From the NCBI GenBank assembly GCA_016866935.1, contig VGKS01000002.1, positions 1 through 47,451 of the forward strand: 47,451 nucleotides of DNA, read 5' to 3'. The notes beneath the pieces were generated by a model, which did no database searches, was not told where the DNA came from, and saw nothing but the letters and a program-made list of their open reading frames with translations. Positions 8,922 to 18,512 of this stretch are shown one piece after another. A program made the position numbers and the translations under genes. Positions within the stretch are counted from its first letter, which is position 1, and the number at the start of each line of letters is the position of its first letter. This DNA comes from Candidatus Pacearchaeota archaeon (GTDB taxonomy: Archaea > Nanobdellota > Nanobdellia > Pacearchaeales > GW2011-AR1).

Positions 8922-9494
8922 ATGGTTTTAACAACAGCCCATTCAACTAAAATTTGTCTGGACACAAACTATCCATCATTAGAAGAAGCATTAGAACAAA
9001 GAATAAAAGATAATGACGGCCCAGATTTATGGGAAAAAGATATAAGAACTGGGGATTTCGTTCTTTATGCCCCTCAATCAAAACCACTTCTAATCCAAGG
9101 GTCTGCTATAAGAGGAAAGGATATACAAGTACATGAGTTAAACTCAGATGAATTATATGTTGATAAAAAATTTGTAAGAAGATTCAGAGAAAGTTTTCTA
9201 CCATTTCCTGTCATTCCACTATGGGTAGACTCAGATAACGCCAGAGATTTTAAATATAATATTGTTGGAAAAAAACAATTATCTCGTTATATAGAAGTCA
9301 CAAATGAAAATTATGGGATTGACAGAATACAAATATTTGCTTTAGGTTTACATAATCTGGTAAATACAAAAAAAGCACCATTCCTAAGACAAATCAAATT
9401 ATTGGGTGTTCAAGAAGGCAATTTCAACAAGGCAGGAATATGTGCAAGTGCACCCCCAAGATTTTTAGATATGCATAACCCTAAAACTCTTTAA
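8922..9494 (+). CDS. Hypothetical protein
   Basis: 190-aa ORF; TTTAAATA about 25 nt upstream. Confidence 0.75.
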   Translation: MVLTTAHSTKICLDTNYPSLEEALEQRIKDNDGPDLWEKDIRTGDFVLYAPQSKPLLIQGSAIRGKDIQVHELNSDELYVDKKFVRRFRESFLPFPVIPLWVDSDNARDFKYNIVGKKQLSRYIEVTNENYGIDRIQIFALGLHNLVNTKKAPFLRQIKLLGVQEGNFNKAGICASAPPRFLDMHNPKTL

Positions 9495-9517
9495 ATAAAC
9501 TAATTCATTATCAGAAC

Positions 9518-10186
9518 ATGTACTTATTAGGAATAGATGATGCAGGTCGCGGACCTATTTTAGGTCCAATGTATCTCGCGGGTGTTATGATAAAAGAAGC
9601 TGAAAACACTAAGTTAAAACAGATAGGCGCCAAAGATTCCAAACTTCTAATTCATAGTCAAAGAATAAAAATAGCAAAGGAAATAGAAAAAATATCTAAA
9701 TTTCATATAGTAGAGAGTTCTCCAGAAGAAATTGACAAAGCGGTAGAAACAATAAATCTGAACACTTTAGAAGCAAAAAAAGCAGCTGAAATTATTAATA
9801 AGTTAAACAATAAAAAAGACAAAATAAAGGTAATAGTAGATTGTCCTTCAGTAAACACTCTTGCATGGAAGAATAAAATGATTTCTTTTATTGAGCATAA
9901 AGATAATCTAACAATATTCTGCGAACATAAAGCAGATTTCAATCATCCAATAGTTAGTGCAGCTTCAATTCTGGCAAAAGTAGCACGAGAAGAGTCAGTA
10001 GAGAAGATAAAGAAACAGTTTGGAAATATTGGCTCGGGATATCCTTCAGATCCAATAACTATAGATTTCATTAAATCTCAAGGAAAGGACTTAGAAGAAA
10101 CAGGAATTGTAAGAACAAGTTGGGCTACATGGAAGAAACTATTCCCTCAATCAAGCAAAAGCAATAAACAAAGTAAACTTTTCTAA
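9518..10186 (+). CDS. rnhB: Ribonuclease HII
   Basis: GIDDAGRGPILGP, KDSK, EHKAD, VSAASILAKVAR, GSGYPSDP; C-terminal PIP-like KQSKLF. Confidence 0.96.
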   Translation: MYLLGIDDAGRGPILGPMYLAGVMIKEAENTKLKQIGAKDSKLLIHSQRIKIAKEIEKISKFHIVESSPEEIDKAVETINLNTLEAKKAAEIINKLNNKKDKIKVIVDCPSVNTLAWKNKMISFIEHKDNLTIFCEHKADFNHPIVSAASILAKVAREESVEKIKKQFGNIGSGYPSDPITIDFIKSQGKDLEETGIVRTSWATWKKLFPQSSKSNKQSKLF

Positions 10187-11506
10187 TTATCTATGAACAA
10201 CACCCTCAAATAATATGTCTTCAACTGTAAGAACATCATCTATCCCAGGACCATAACCATGAGCAACAAATTTAACTCCTATTAATTCTTCTATTCTTCT
10301 AACAAAATCAGCCGCTGGTTTTGTCAAACCCTTTCCATCGATGAATCTATCCCAAGATGGATGTTCCTCAAATACTGGTTTGGCTCTAGCTATTACTTGT
10401 CTATTGTGGAAAGACTTATCCCACTTGGTATGCCTTACTCCATCAACATCATATGCTACCACTATTTTGACTGGAAGTCCCTCTCTAGCAAGATCTTCCA
10501 TTCTATCTCCACAGCTACTTATGAACCTGTCAAGTTCAGCCCCTTTGACAGCATGTTTTAATGCAACTACATCAAGCCATCCTAAGCTTCTCGGTTTACC
10601 AGTAACTGTCCCCCTTTCCTCCCATTTATCTCTTAATCTTGCTTCAAGATCAGAGTCTTGTATTTGACCTATAAATGGCCTATCTCCACCAATACTACTT
10701 TCATAAAACTTCACCACCCCAATTCTTTTATTCAATGAAATTGGAGGAGTAGCTGATCCAGAAGAGGTAACCCCTGGATAAAGTCCTTTATCTATATCAA
10801 GTTGGAATCCTTGTGCCCCCTCAAGCAAAACGAATCTTCTATCTTCAGCCAATACATCTTCTTGTAACACACAATAGTCTCTTAATGCAGCAACTAGTGG
10901 CCTGTAAGAGTCAGCCAAATTCTCAATAGAAGAATGAGGTTCAGGAGCACCAAGAGGAAATCTTTTGCTTAAAGCCTCAATAAAACCTTCTCTATCTAAA
11001 AATTCAGCAAATCTTACTCCAACTCTTCCCGCTTTATCGACCGCAGTTTGTTTAATGCCCCTTCCAGTAGATTTATGCTTACCATCTGTTCTAACGCTAT
11101 TACTTGAGTCATCTTTCACATGGTAGTCCAAAGTCATATGAGCATTAGAAGCTATACCAAATCTTTCAGGAGTTATTTCCACGCCTTTTTCCCTCAAACT
11201 CTGAATTTCTCTAACAAGCCTAGTAGGATCTATGAATGTTCCTTCCCCCATTAAATTGTAAGTTCCTTTAACAAGTATTCCAGATGGGACTTGACTTAGA
11301 GCATATTTTACGCGACCTATCCAGGCAGTATGTCCTGCTCCAGCTCCACCTTGATATCTCATCACTAAAACAGGAAGTTCGAGGCTACTAGAACTAGCCA
11401 ACTCATTCGCTAATTGAACCGCTCTTTTAGCTAAGTAAACAACCCTCACACCCTTTCCTTCATCACCTGTTTGTGCTCCTTCAACAGCAATCCTATAAGT
11501 GTACAT
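10187..11506 (-). CDS. purA: Adenylosuccinate synthetase family protein (divergent)
   Basis: GDEGKG, QGG..AGHT, STGRGI, EGAQG.LDID.G.YP.VTSS, GTVTGKPR..GWLD. Start placed at ATG 11506 from the TATA spacing. Confidence 0.88.
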   Translation of the reverse strand: MYTYRIAVEGAQTGDEGKGVRVVYLAKRAVQLANELASSSSLELPVLVMRYQGGAGAGHTAWIGRVKYALSQVPSGILVKGTYNLMGEGTFIDPTRLVREIQSLREKGVEITPERFGIASNAHMTLDYHVKDDSSNSVRTDGKHKSTGRGIKQTAVDKAGRVGVRFAEFLDREGFIEALSKRFPLGAPEPHSSIENLADSYRPLVAALRDYCVLQEDVLAEDRRFVLLEGAQGFQLDIDKGLYPGVTSSGSATPPISLNKRIGVVKFYESSIGGDRPFIGQIQDSDLEARLRDKWEERGTVTGKPRSLGWLDVVALKHAVKGAELDRFISSCGDRMEDLAREGLPVKIVVAYDVDGVRHTKWDKSFHNRQVIARAKPVFEEHPSWDRFIDGKGLTKPAADFVRRIEELIGVKFVAHGYGPGIDDVLTVEDILFEGVVHR

Positions 11507-11609
11507 CTTGACTAACCAATAAAATTGATATTTAAACATTCATACAATCTAAAATAACTACACCAATAATACCGACAACATTTAAAATATTGAATTCTAG
11601 CTTATTGGA

Positions 11610-14588
11610 ATGACATATGTCAAAAAGATGGTGATTCAAGGATTCAAATCCTTCGCAAAGAGAACAGAAGTTATATTTGATCCAGGAATCAATACAGTTG
11701 TGGGTCCAAATGGTTCAGGAAAGTCCAATGTGTCAGATGCATTATGTTTTGCTCTGGGAAGATTATCTGCTAAATCAATACGTGCAGAAAGAACAACAAA
11801 CCTTCTTTTTTCAGGAACAAAGTTAGTAAAACCAGCGAGAGAAGCTTTCGTTGAAGTAACGTTTGATAATTCTCAAAAAACATTCAATCTTCCGACAGAC
11901 GAAGTTACAATATCTAGGATAATAAGGTCTAATGGTCAAGGTATCTATAAAATTAATAATGAAATAAAAAACAGAGGAGACATAATAGAATTATTAGCCC
12001 ATGCAGGAATAGACCCCCATGGTTTCAATCTAGTCCTACAAGGTCAGATACAATCCATAGTAAAAATGCATCCAGAAGAAAGAAGGAAAGTAATAGAGGA
12101 AGTATCCGGAATATCGGTTTATGAAGCAAGAAAAGAAAAATCATTACATGAATTAGAAAAGACAGAAGAAAGATTAAAGGAAATAGGAGCAGTATTAAGA
12201 GAAAGAAAATCATTTCTTAATAACCTAGAAAAAGAAAGATCTCAAGCACTAAAATATAAAGATTTAGAAGAAACAATTAATAGATGCCGTTACTCAATTT
12301 TAGTTAAGAAAATACTAGAAGTTCAGAAAGAAATTGACTCAGCTAAAAAATCATTAGAAGAAAAGAAAAATCAAAGAGAGAAAATTAAGACCAATTTATC
12401 AGAAATTCAAACAGAAATTGACTCAATGACTGCAAAGATAAATGAAATGAATTCTATGATAAAGAAATCAAGCGGAGTTGAACGTGAAACATTACAAGAA
12501 AGAATAAATGTTCTACGTGGAGAGATAGAAGGTCTAAAAGTAAGGATAGAAGCAACTCAAAAAAGAAAGATAGAATTCGAAAAGAGAATAGAACACCTTA
12601 AAGCATCAGTTCCTGAATATAGAAGGGAAATAGAAGAATTAAGCAAAGAATCTCCTATGCTTGCAAAAAAACAAGAAGAAATAAAGAGAAAAAAAGCAGA
12701 ATTAGTGGCATTAGAAGATCAAAAGAATAAACTTTTATCTGTAAAGACTGAATTATATTCAATTAAAGAAAGGTTAAAAGAAAAAGAATCTAGAAATCAC
12801 AAGTTGGAGGTCGAATCAGACTCATTGCTCAAACAAATAGAGAATATTTCACGTGAATTCCAGTTTAAGACAGAAGAAGAATGTCAGAATAAAATATTTA
12901 ATCTTGAAAAAGAATCTGACTCCGCAAGACTAGAAGTTGAAATTTTTGCTAAAAAGGAAATTGAACATAATAGGGCTTTAGCAGCCAGTGAATCACAGAT
13001 AAGAACAGCTGAGAAGATAAAAGAGCAAATCCTAAAAATAGATATCTGCCCATTATGTCAAAACCAAATGACTGCTCAACATATAGAGCATGTTACTAGA
13101 GATTCTCTAAATAAAATAGAAGAAGGAAAATTAGCTATTGAAAAAGAAACCTATAATATAAAAGAGTTAAGACAAAAAAGAGAAAACTTAAACAAAAAGG
13201 CATTTGAATTAAATCAATTAATAAGTAAATTAAAGCATGAATATTCAAATCACAAGATTGCTAATGAAAAACAGCGCTATCTTAAATCAATTCTGGTGGA
13301 AACAGATGTGATAAAGAAAGAAATATCAAATCTAAGCGCTAAGAAAGAAGGACTAGAGAACAAGTCTATCGACGTCACCTCAATAACGGAACAATATAAC
13401 TCTAAATTAAGGGAAATAGAAGAAATATCTTCAAGAACAACTGAAAATCTAGACCAAACTCTGAAATTCAAAGAACATGAATTAGAAAATATCCTTGAAA
13501 ACATCAAAAACTCTGAAAAAGGACTTGAAGAGTTACATGAAGAAATAGTAAATATGAAAGAAAGACTTGAAGAAAAGAGTTCATTCCTTTCTTCTAAAGA
13601 AGCAGAAGAGAGTGAATTAAATAAAAAGTTTAAGAAGCTTTTTGAAGACAGAGATAAAATACAATCTCAAATCCAAGAAAATAATTATGATATTTCAGAG
13701 AGAAGAACGGAAATATCTCAGATTACAGACCAGATAAATTATATTGAAATAGGAATAGCAAAATTATCAGCTTCTCAAGAGTCCATTCAAATAGAATTAA
13801 AAGATGTCCCAGAATCCGAGCCTATAAGGGCAAGTATTGAAGTATTGCAACAAAAGTTAGAGAAGGCTAAACAAGATATGCACGAAATTGGAGCAATTAA
13901 TATGAGGGCTCTAGAGGTATACGAACAAATCAAAATAGAGTATGATAAAGTAAATGAAAAGGTAGAAACTCTTCAGAAAGAAAAAGAGGAGATTCTTAGA
14001 ATTATTGTTGAAATAGATCAAAAGAAGAAAAAGACATTTATGAAGACATACAAAGGAATTAATGAACTATTTACAAGAAATGCTTCAGAACTTTATAGTA
14101 AGGGTAAAGCTTTCATGAAACTCGAAAACGAAGAAGACATATTCCAGGGAGGAGTAGACATAGTTATACAACTTGGAAAGGGTAAATACTTTGATTCTGG
14201 CTCATTGTCAGGCGGAGAGCAAACACTTATTGCTCTATCAATGCTTTTCGCTATACAAGAGTTCAAACCTTATCATTTCTATGTATTCGATGAAATAGAT
14301 GCGGCTCTAGACAAGCGTAACTCAGAAAGACTAGCAGGTCTAATTAACAAGTATATTAGAGCAGGTCAATACATAATTGTTACGCACAACGATGCCTTAA
14401 TAATGAACTCCCAGTTCATTTATGGGGTGAGTATGCACGATGGAATATCAAAAGTCCTAAGCTTAAAACTAGACAAAGAAATACAAAAATCAGTTCAAAA
14501 CGAATTAAATAATCAATCGCAAGATCAAAATTATCAACAAAACTCAGAGAATAGTATCAATCCTCAATCTCCTAATGAGGTTCAATAA
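11610..14588 (+). CDS. smc: Smc-type chromosome segregation ATPase with a central CPLC motif
   Basis: GFKSFA, Walker A GPNGSGKSN, Q-loop LVLQGQI, GAINMRA, signature LSGGEQ, Walker B/D-loop VFDEIDAALD; long coiled coils. Confidence 0.9.
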   Translation: MTYVKKMVIQGFKSFAKRTEVIFDPGINTVVGPNGSGKSNVSDALCFALGRLSAKSIRAERTTNLLFSGTKLVKPAREAFVEVTFDNSQKTFNLPTDEVTISRIIRSNGQGIYKINNEIKNRGDIIELLAHAGIDPHGFNLVLQGQIQSIVKMHPEERRKVIEEVSGISVYEARKEKSLHELEKTEERLKEIGAVLRERKSFLNNLEKERSQALKYKDLEETINRCRYSILVKKILEVQKEIDSAKKSLEEKKNQREKIKTNLSEIQTEIDSMTAKINEMNSMIKKSSGVERETLQERINVLRGEIEGLKVRIEATQKRKIEFEKRIEHLKASVPEYRREIEELSKESPMLAKKQEEIKRKKAELVALEDQKNKLLSVKTELYSIKERLKEKESRNHKLEVESDSLLKQIENISREFQFKTEEECQNKIFNLEKESDSARLEVEIFAKKEIEHNRALAASESQIRTAEKIKEQILKIDICPLCQNQMTAQHIEHVTRDSLNKIEEGKLAIEKETYNIKELRQKRENLNKKAFELNQLISKLKHEYSNHKIANEKQRYLKSILVETDVIKKEISNLSAKKEGLENKSIDVTSITEQYNSKLREIEEISSRTTENLDQTLKFKEHELENILENIKNSEKGLEELHEEIVNMKERLEEKSSFLSSKEAEESELNKKFKKLFEDRDKIQSQIQENNYDISERRTEISQITDQINYIEIGIAKLSASQESIQIELKDVPESEPIRASIEVLQQKLEKAKQDMHEIGAINMRALEVYEQIKIEYDKVNEKVETLQKEKEEILRIIVEIDQKKKKTFMKTYKGINELFTRNASELYSKGKAFMKLENEEDIFQGGVDIVIQLGKGKYFDSGSLSGGEQTLIALSMLFAIQEFKPYHFYVFDEIDAALDKRNSERLAGLINKYIRAGQYIIVTHNDALIMNSQFIYGVSMHDGISKVLSLKLDKEIQKSVQNELNNQSQDQNYQQNSENSINPQSPNEVQ

Positions 14589-15131
14589 TTATATCCATTT
14601 ACGGGCTTTCTTTTCAATATTATATGCAATAGTTATTGCAATCAAAATTACAGAGATAAGTTAAAATAAAACTAATGAAATGATAATCCATATCCTTACT
14701 CAAAGATAATACAACTATGCTGTACCAAGTTACAATAGATATGCTTCCAGCTATTGCGGAACCGGTCAAAACAGATTGGGCGCAGTATTTTGTACCTTTT
14801 ATGACGCACTTATCCAAATGAGGAGAGACTAATCTCTGCAAATATATTCCATTTAAAGTAACAATAAAAACCAGGCTCATTTAGTAATAAATAAAGGGCT
14901 AGATAGTAGGGCTTTATTTTGTAAAACAAGCAATATTCCTGTCAAGTATATTGCAACTAAAGAAATATTTATCAAATTGCCTATCAAAGGGTAAATTGAT
15001 ACAAGAGTCCTCTCAAGCTTCTTCTTTCTTAAACCAACTATGTGTAAATAATCAACTAAAGTCGCAGAACCAACAGCAACCATTGCTGCAATAATATGAA
15101 ATATTACAGTAATCAAAAAAACATCAACCAT
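14589..15131 (-). pseudogene. Membrane protein broken by two frameshifts (about 14880 and about 14650)
   Basis: ACT AAA TGA versus ATG: one extra A fuses the ORFs as LFITKMSLVFIVTLNG. A second shift restores a TM tail VILIAITIAYNIEKKARKWI ending at 14589, flush with the smc stop. Confidence 0.7.
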
Positions 15132-15207
15132 AAAAATAAATAGGTTCTATCTTTAAAACCCCCTCTACCTAAAGTCCCAAAATAAAAAATAAAAATTGGG
15201 TAGGTAA

Positions 15208-16422
15208 TTAGTAATAGCTTTCGCCAGATTCGTTAGCTTTCGCAGGCTTTCTAGTTAGCAATACTATAAGAACCACAAGCAATACAACAAATACTATTGC
15301 AAGTATAATTGTAAGAACAACAGCAGCGTTTCCGCCAACTGATCTTCCTTCAACATTTGCAACAAAGCTCTTTTCTCCAACAACATTGTTTTCAGAGTCA
15401 AGAACAGTAACCTTGAAGTTGTAAGATCCTTCTCTAGCAGCCATAGCTGTCATGTCGACAGTCTTGCTTGAGCCAGCAGGAACAACAACTACAGAATCAT
15501 CGAAATCAACAGTCAAGCCGTTGTCTGATTCAGTTACTAAGTTGTATACTAAGATTCTATTACCAGAGTTCACAATTGTCAAACTGTATAATCCTTCAGA
15601 TCCAGCAGAGAATGTTCTGCTTGATGGAGAAGCAATCATAGCACTGTTTGAGTTTCCACTTACAATTTCAACTCTTCTAACAGAAACTGTTTCAGAATCG
15701 GAGTTGTATGCTTTAACTTCAACTGTGTAGAGACCAGGAGCAGCGCTTGAAGGGATTGCTAAAAGGATTCTTCCTTCTATTGAATCATCTTCAATTTCGT
15801 TATTCACTGACTCGTTAGCAGCAAGGTCTTCAAGGAAGACTCTTTTACTTACTGTGCCGTAGCCAGGGATGTCAATGCTTGCGATAACAAATGTATCTCG
15901 TGCAACATAACGACCGCGGTTCTTTACAACTACTTCAACTGGCAAAACTTCTCCAGCGCTTATTCTTGAAGGGCTTTCTACTGAAAGGAATTCAAGAGCA
16001 TAGCTTTCTCTTTGTACTACAAAGACTGCTGTGAAAGTTGTTCCGCCAAGTTGGTTTTCAACTTTAACTTCCAAGATGAAATCTTCGTTTAAGTCGATAT
16101 CATATGGAACGTCGATTGAAAGTCTCTTGCTGTATGTTCCACCAGCAATAACATCAAAACGACTTGTTGTGTCGGAAAGACTTGGTTCTCCAAGAACTCT
16201 AGCTCTTACGCGTACATCGTTAGCATTTGCTATAGCGTTAAAGACAACGTCCATTTCTAGACTTTGTCCAGCATCTACTGCAAATCTTTGACCTTGTATC
16301 AGTGGAACTGAATCAATCTCAACATATGAAACTGTTGCGAAAGACTGAGCGCTAACAAAAGGTGCAACGAATAACATCGCAATTGCAATAACAAACAAAC
16401 CTACAAAGTTTTTTGTATTCAT
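15208..16422 (-). CDS. Cell-surface protein with tandem Ig-like (CARDB/NEW3-like) domains; possibly S-layer associated
   Basis: Signal peptide; beta-rich repeats (VEVVVKNRG, PSSAAPGLYTVEV, LTIVNSG, EGSYNFKVTV); C-terminal TM plus ESYY tail. Confidence 0.8.
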   Translation of the reverse strand: MNTKNFVGLFVIAIAMLFVAPFVSAQSFATVSYVEIDSVPLIQGQRFAVDAGQSLEMDVVFNAIANANDVRVRARVLGEPSLSDTTSRFDVIAGGTYSKRLSIDVPYDIDLNEDFILEVKVENQLGGTTFTAVFVVQRESYALEFLSVESPSRISAGEVLPVEVVVKNRGRYVARDTFVIASIDIPGYGTVSKRVFLEDLAANESVNNEIEDDSIEGRILLAIPSSAAPGLYTVEVKAYNSDSETVSVRRVEIVSGNSNSAMIASPSSRTFSAGSEGLYSLTIVNSGNRILVYNLVTESDNGLTVDFDDSVVVVPAGSSKTVDMTAMAAREGSYNFKVTVLDSENNVVGEKSFVANVEGRSVGGNAAVVLTIILAIVFVVLLVVLIVLLTRKPAKANESGESYY

Positions 16423-16551
16423 TCTTAGTTATATCCAAAATTTAGTTAATTATGCTTAAAGTATGTGTTTTATAAACTTTCCGGTGATAACATTTTTACC
16501 TCTCTATATAGTGACAAAAACCTTTATTAAGTATACTTTAGGCTACTTTGT

Positions 16552-16779
16552 ATGGTTAAACCCTCAAATATAACAACAATCAAGCTTGATAAAGAGACTA
16601 AGTCGCGCTTAGACAAGCTTAAAATTCATGAAAAAGAGAGCTACGATGAGATCTTACAGAAGATTCTATACATCCTAAACCTATGTAAATCAGGCTCAAA
16701 TGAGGCTAAAGCAAGACTTATAGCAATAGATAAAGCAAAAGCTCTAAATCAGATAAAGAAACAATTAAAATCATCATAA
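16552..16779 (+). CDS. Small ribbon-helix-helix DNA-binding / antitoxin-like protein
   Basis: TTIKLDKETKSRLDKLKIHEKESYDEILQK; divergent from the surface-protein gene. Confidence 0.8.
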   Translation: MVKPSNITTIKLDKETKSRLDKLKIHEKESYDEILQKILYILNLCKSGSNEAKARLIAIDKAKALNQIKKQLKSS

Positions 16780-16836
16780 AACCAATGGTTTTGTGATTAC
16801 AGTTGATAATCTGAATATTAAAGATTTCAACTAGTA

Positions 16837-17283
16837 TCAATAATTAATTAATTCTTCTCTAATCTCCCCAATATTGGTTACTATATATCTGTAAAGTTTC
16901 TCAATAACTATTGATTGTAATCCTTCCTTTAACTCACCGTTACAAGCAGCTAGGTTCTTTCCAGGGTATCCTGAAACTCCAACAGGGTGCGAACATACCA
17001 TATTCTGACCTTCGTATAATCTTAGGTCAAGATTACTTTCTTTAGCATTAAGCAATGTAACTTCAACATCACATCTCTTGTTTGATGTCCCAATTATCCC
17101 ATATTTCCAAGAAGCTTCTTTTTCTCCATCATTAATAAAAGTGGCAGGTCTACATTTTACCATATGTGCTTCAAAACATGCAAAATCAGTACATCTTACT
17201 GGGGTAAAAGTAGCATAAAGCGTGACAGAGGCAACAATCAATATGAGTAATGCTATAGCCTCTTTCTGATATCTCATCCTCAT
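16837..17283 (-). CDS. Membrane-anchored Cys-containing hypothetical protein
   Basis: N-terminal TM then six Cys. Start placed at ATG 17283, about 25 nt after TTTATATA. Confidence 0.75.
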   Translation of the reverse strand: MRMRYQKEAIALLILIVASVTLYATFTPVRCTDFACFEAHMVKCRPATFINDGEKEASWKYGIIGTSNKRCDVEVTLLNAKESNLDLRLYEGQNMVCSHPVGVSGYPGKNLAACNGELKEGLQSIVIEKLYRYIVTNIGEIREELINY

Positions 17284-17381
17284 AACAGTAATAGAAAAAA
17301 CTAGTATATAAAACTTGCTCAGTATTCTCAAGTTTTGTACTAGAAAATAATCATAAACTTTCTTTCTATAAAACTAACTAA

Positions 17382-18512
17382 TTAAAGTCCAATTAATTCA
17401 ATATTTGTCTCGACTGCGGCGAAGTTTTTAGCAGCAATATATGAAACACCCTTTTCTTCACAAGCCTGGACTATTTGCTTAGTTGCAATTCCATCAATTA
17501 TAACTGCAACAATGTTTCCTCTAACTCTGTTTAATGCAGGAACAACTTCCACACTTGAAATAGAGCGAGAAACAGATAAATCTGCATTAAGCAATAATGC
17601 TTTCTTGCTTCCCTTTATTTCCTCATATTTTTCCTTAAGAGCCTTTGAAAAGTCTCCTGAGAATGGGGCAACTTCAACATGCTCTTCAGAGTCTCTAGAG
17701 TTTCTGTACAAAAAGTCCTTAGCAGGCATTCTTCTTCTTAATGCAAGTAATATTTCTTTTCCTTCAAGTTCTTCTACTTCTTTTCCATCAGGAGCGACAG
17801 CAATATAAACAATTCTAGCATTTTCACAAACATTCTTGGCAATTAATTTTCCACCTCTATCTCCATCTACAAAAAGGGTTAACTCCTTGTCCTTACTTAA
17901 TCTAGCAATCTCCTTAGGAAGTTTAGCTCCATTCATTCCAATAACATTATTGACTCTGTTCTTCAAAAGGTTAACAACATCAGCCCTACCTTCAACAACA
18001 ATTATTTCATCTCCAGATAAGTCTCCAGCAGGTAACTGTTCTTCTCCATATTCTTGTATTTTAGCAGCCCTGCTTTCTTCTTTCAAGGTCTTAGACATAC
18101 TTCCAGACGAAGTTGAATCTAAACCTTCAAGCAATGCTTTAGCTCTTTCAATTATGAAATCTCTTTTACTACCTCTAACATCTTCAATCTTACTTACGGT
18201 TACTTTAGCCTCACTTGGACCAATTTTATCAATTGTTTCTAGTGTAGCAGCAATAATAGTTGTTTCAGATTTGTCGAGTGCAGAAGGTAACTTAATTTCT
18301 CCAACAGTTCTTCCGTCCACCGTATTCAAATCAACTTCAATTCTACCAATCTTTCCCTCTTTTTGAAGTTCTCTCATTTCCAATTCAGTACCTAAAAGAC
18401 CTTCAGTCTGACCGAAAATAGCCCCAATAACATCAGGTTTCTCTATAGGGCCTTCAGCAGCAAAGCTAGCAACAATCATGTACTTTATTGATACCGGGCT
18501 TACTTTTGCCAT
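17382..18512 (-). CDS. dnaG: Archaeal DnaG-type primase (TOPRIM)
   Basis: KPDVIGAIFGQTEGLLG, GRIEV, IIVVEGRADV, FVDGDRGG, APDGKEVEEL. Confidence 0.96.
   Translation of the reverse strand: MAKVSPVSIKYMIVASFAAEGPIEKPDVIGAIFGQTEGLLGTELEMRELQKEGKIGRIEVDLNTVDGRTVGEIKLPSALDKSETTIIAATLETIDKIGPSEAKVTVSKIEDVRGSKRDFIIERAKALLEGLDSTSSGSMSKTLKEESRAAKIQEYGEEQLPAGDLSGDEIIVVEGRADVVNLLKNRVNNVIGMNGAKLPKEIARLSKDKELTLFVDGDRGGKLIAKNVCENARIVYIAVAPDGKEVEELEGKEILLALRRRMPAKDFLYRNSRDSEEHVEVAPFSGDFSKALKEKYEEIKGSKKALLLNADLSVSRSISSVEVVPALNRVRGNIVAVIIDGIATKQIVQACEEKGVSYIAAKNFAAVETNIELIGL

Noticed and set aside
9518-9560. RNase HII DDAG instead of DEAG
   Set aside because: A conservative acidic substitution with the other motifs intact; not enough to suggest a new function.
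10187-11506. PurZ (diaminopurine / Z-genome) assignment
   Set aside because: The catalytic Asp of GDEGKG is retained where PurZ has Ser, and no dATPase or phage context is visible. Kept only as a divergent PurA.
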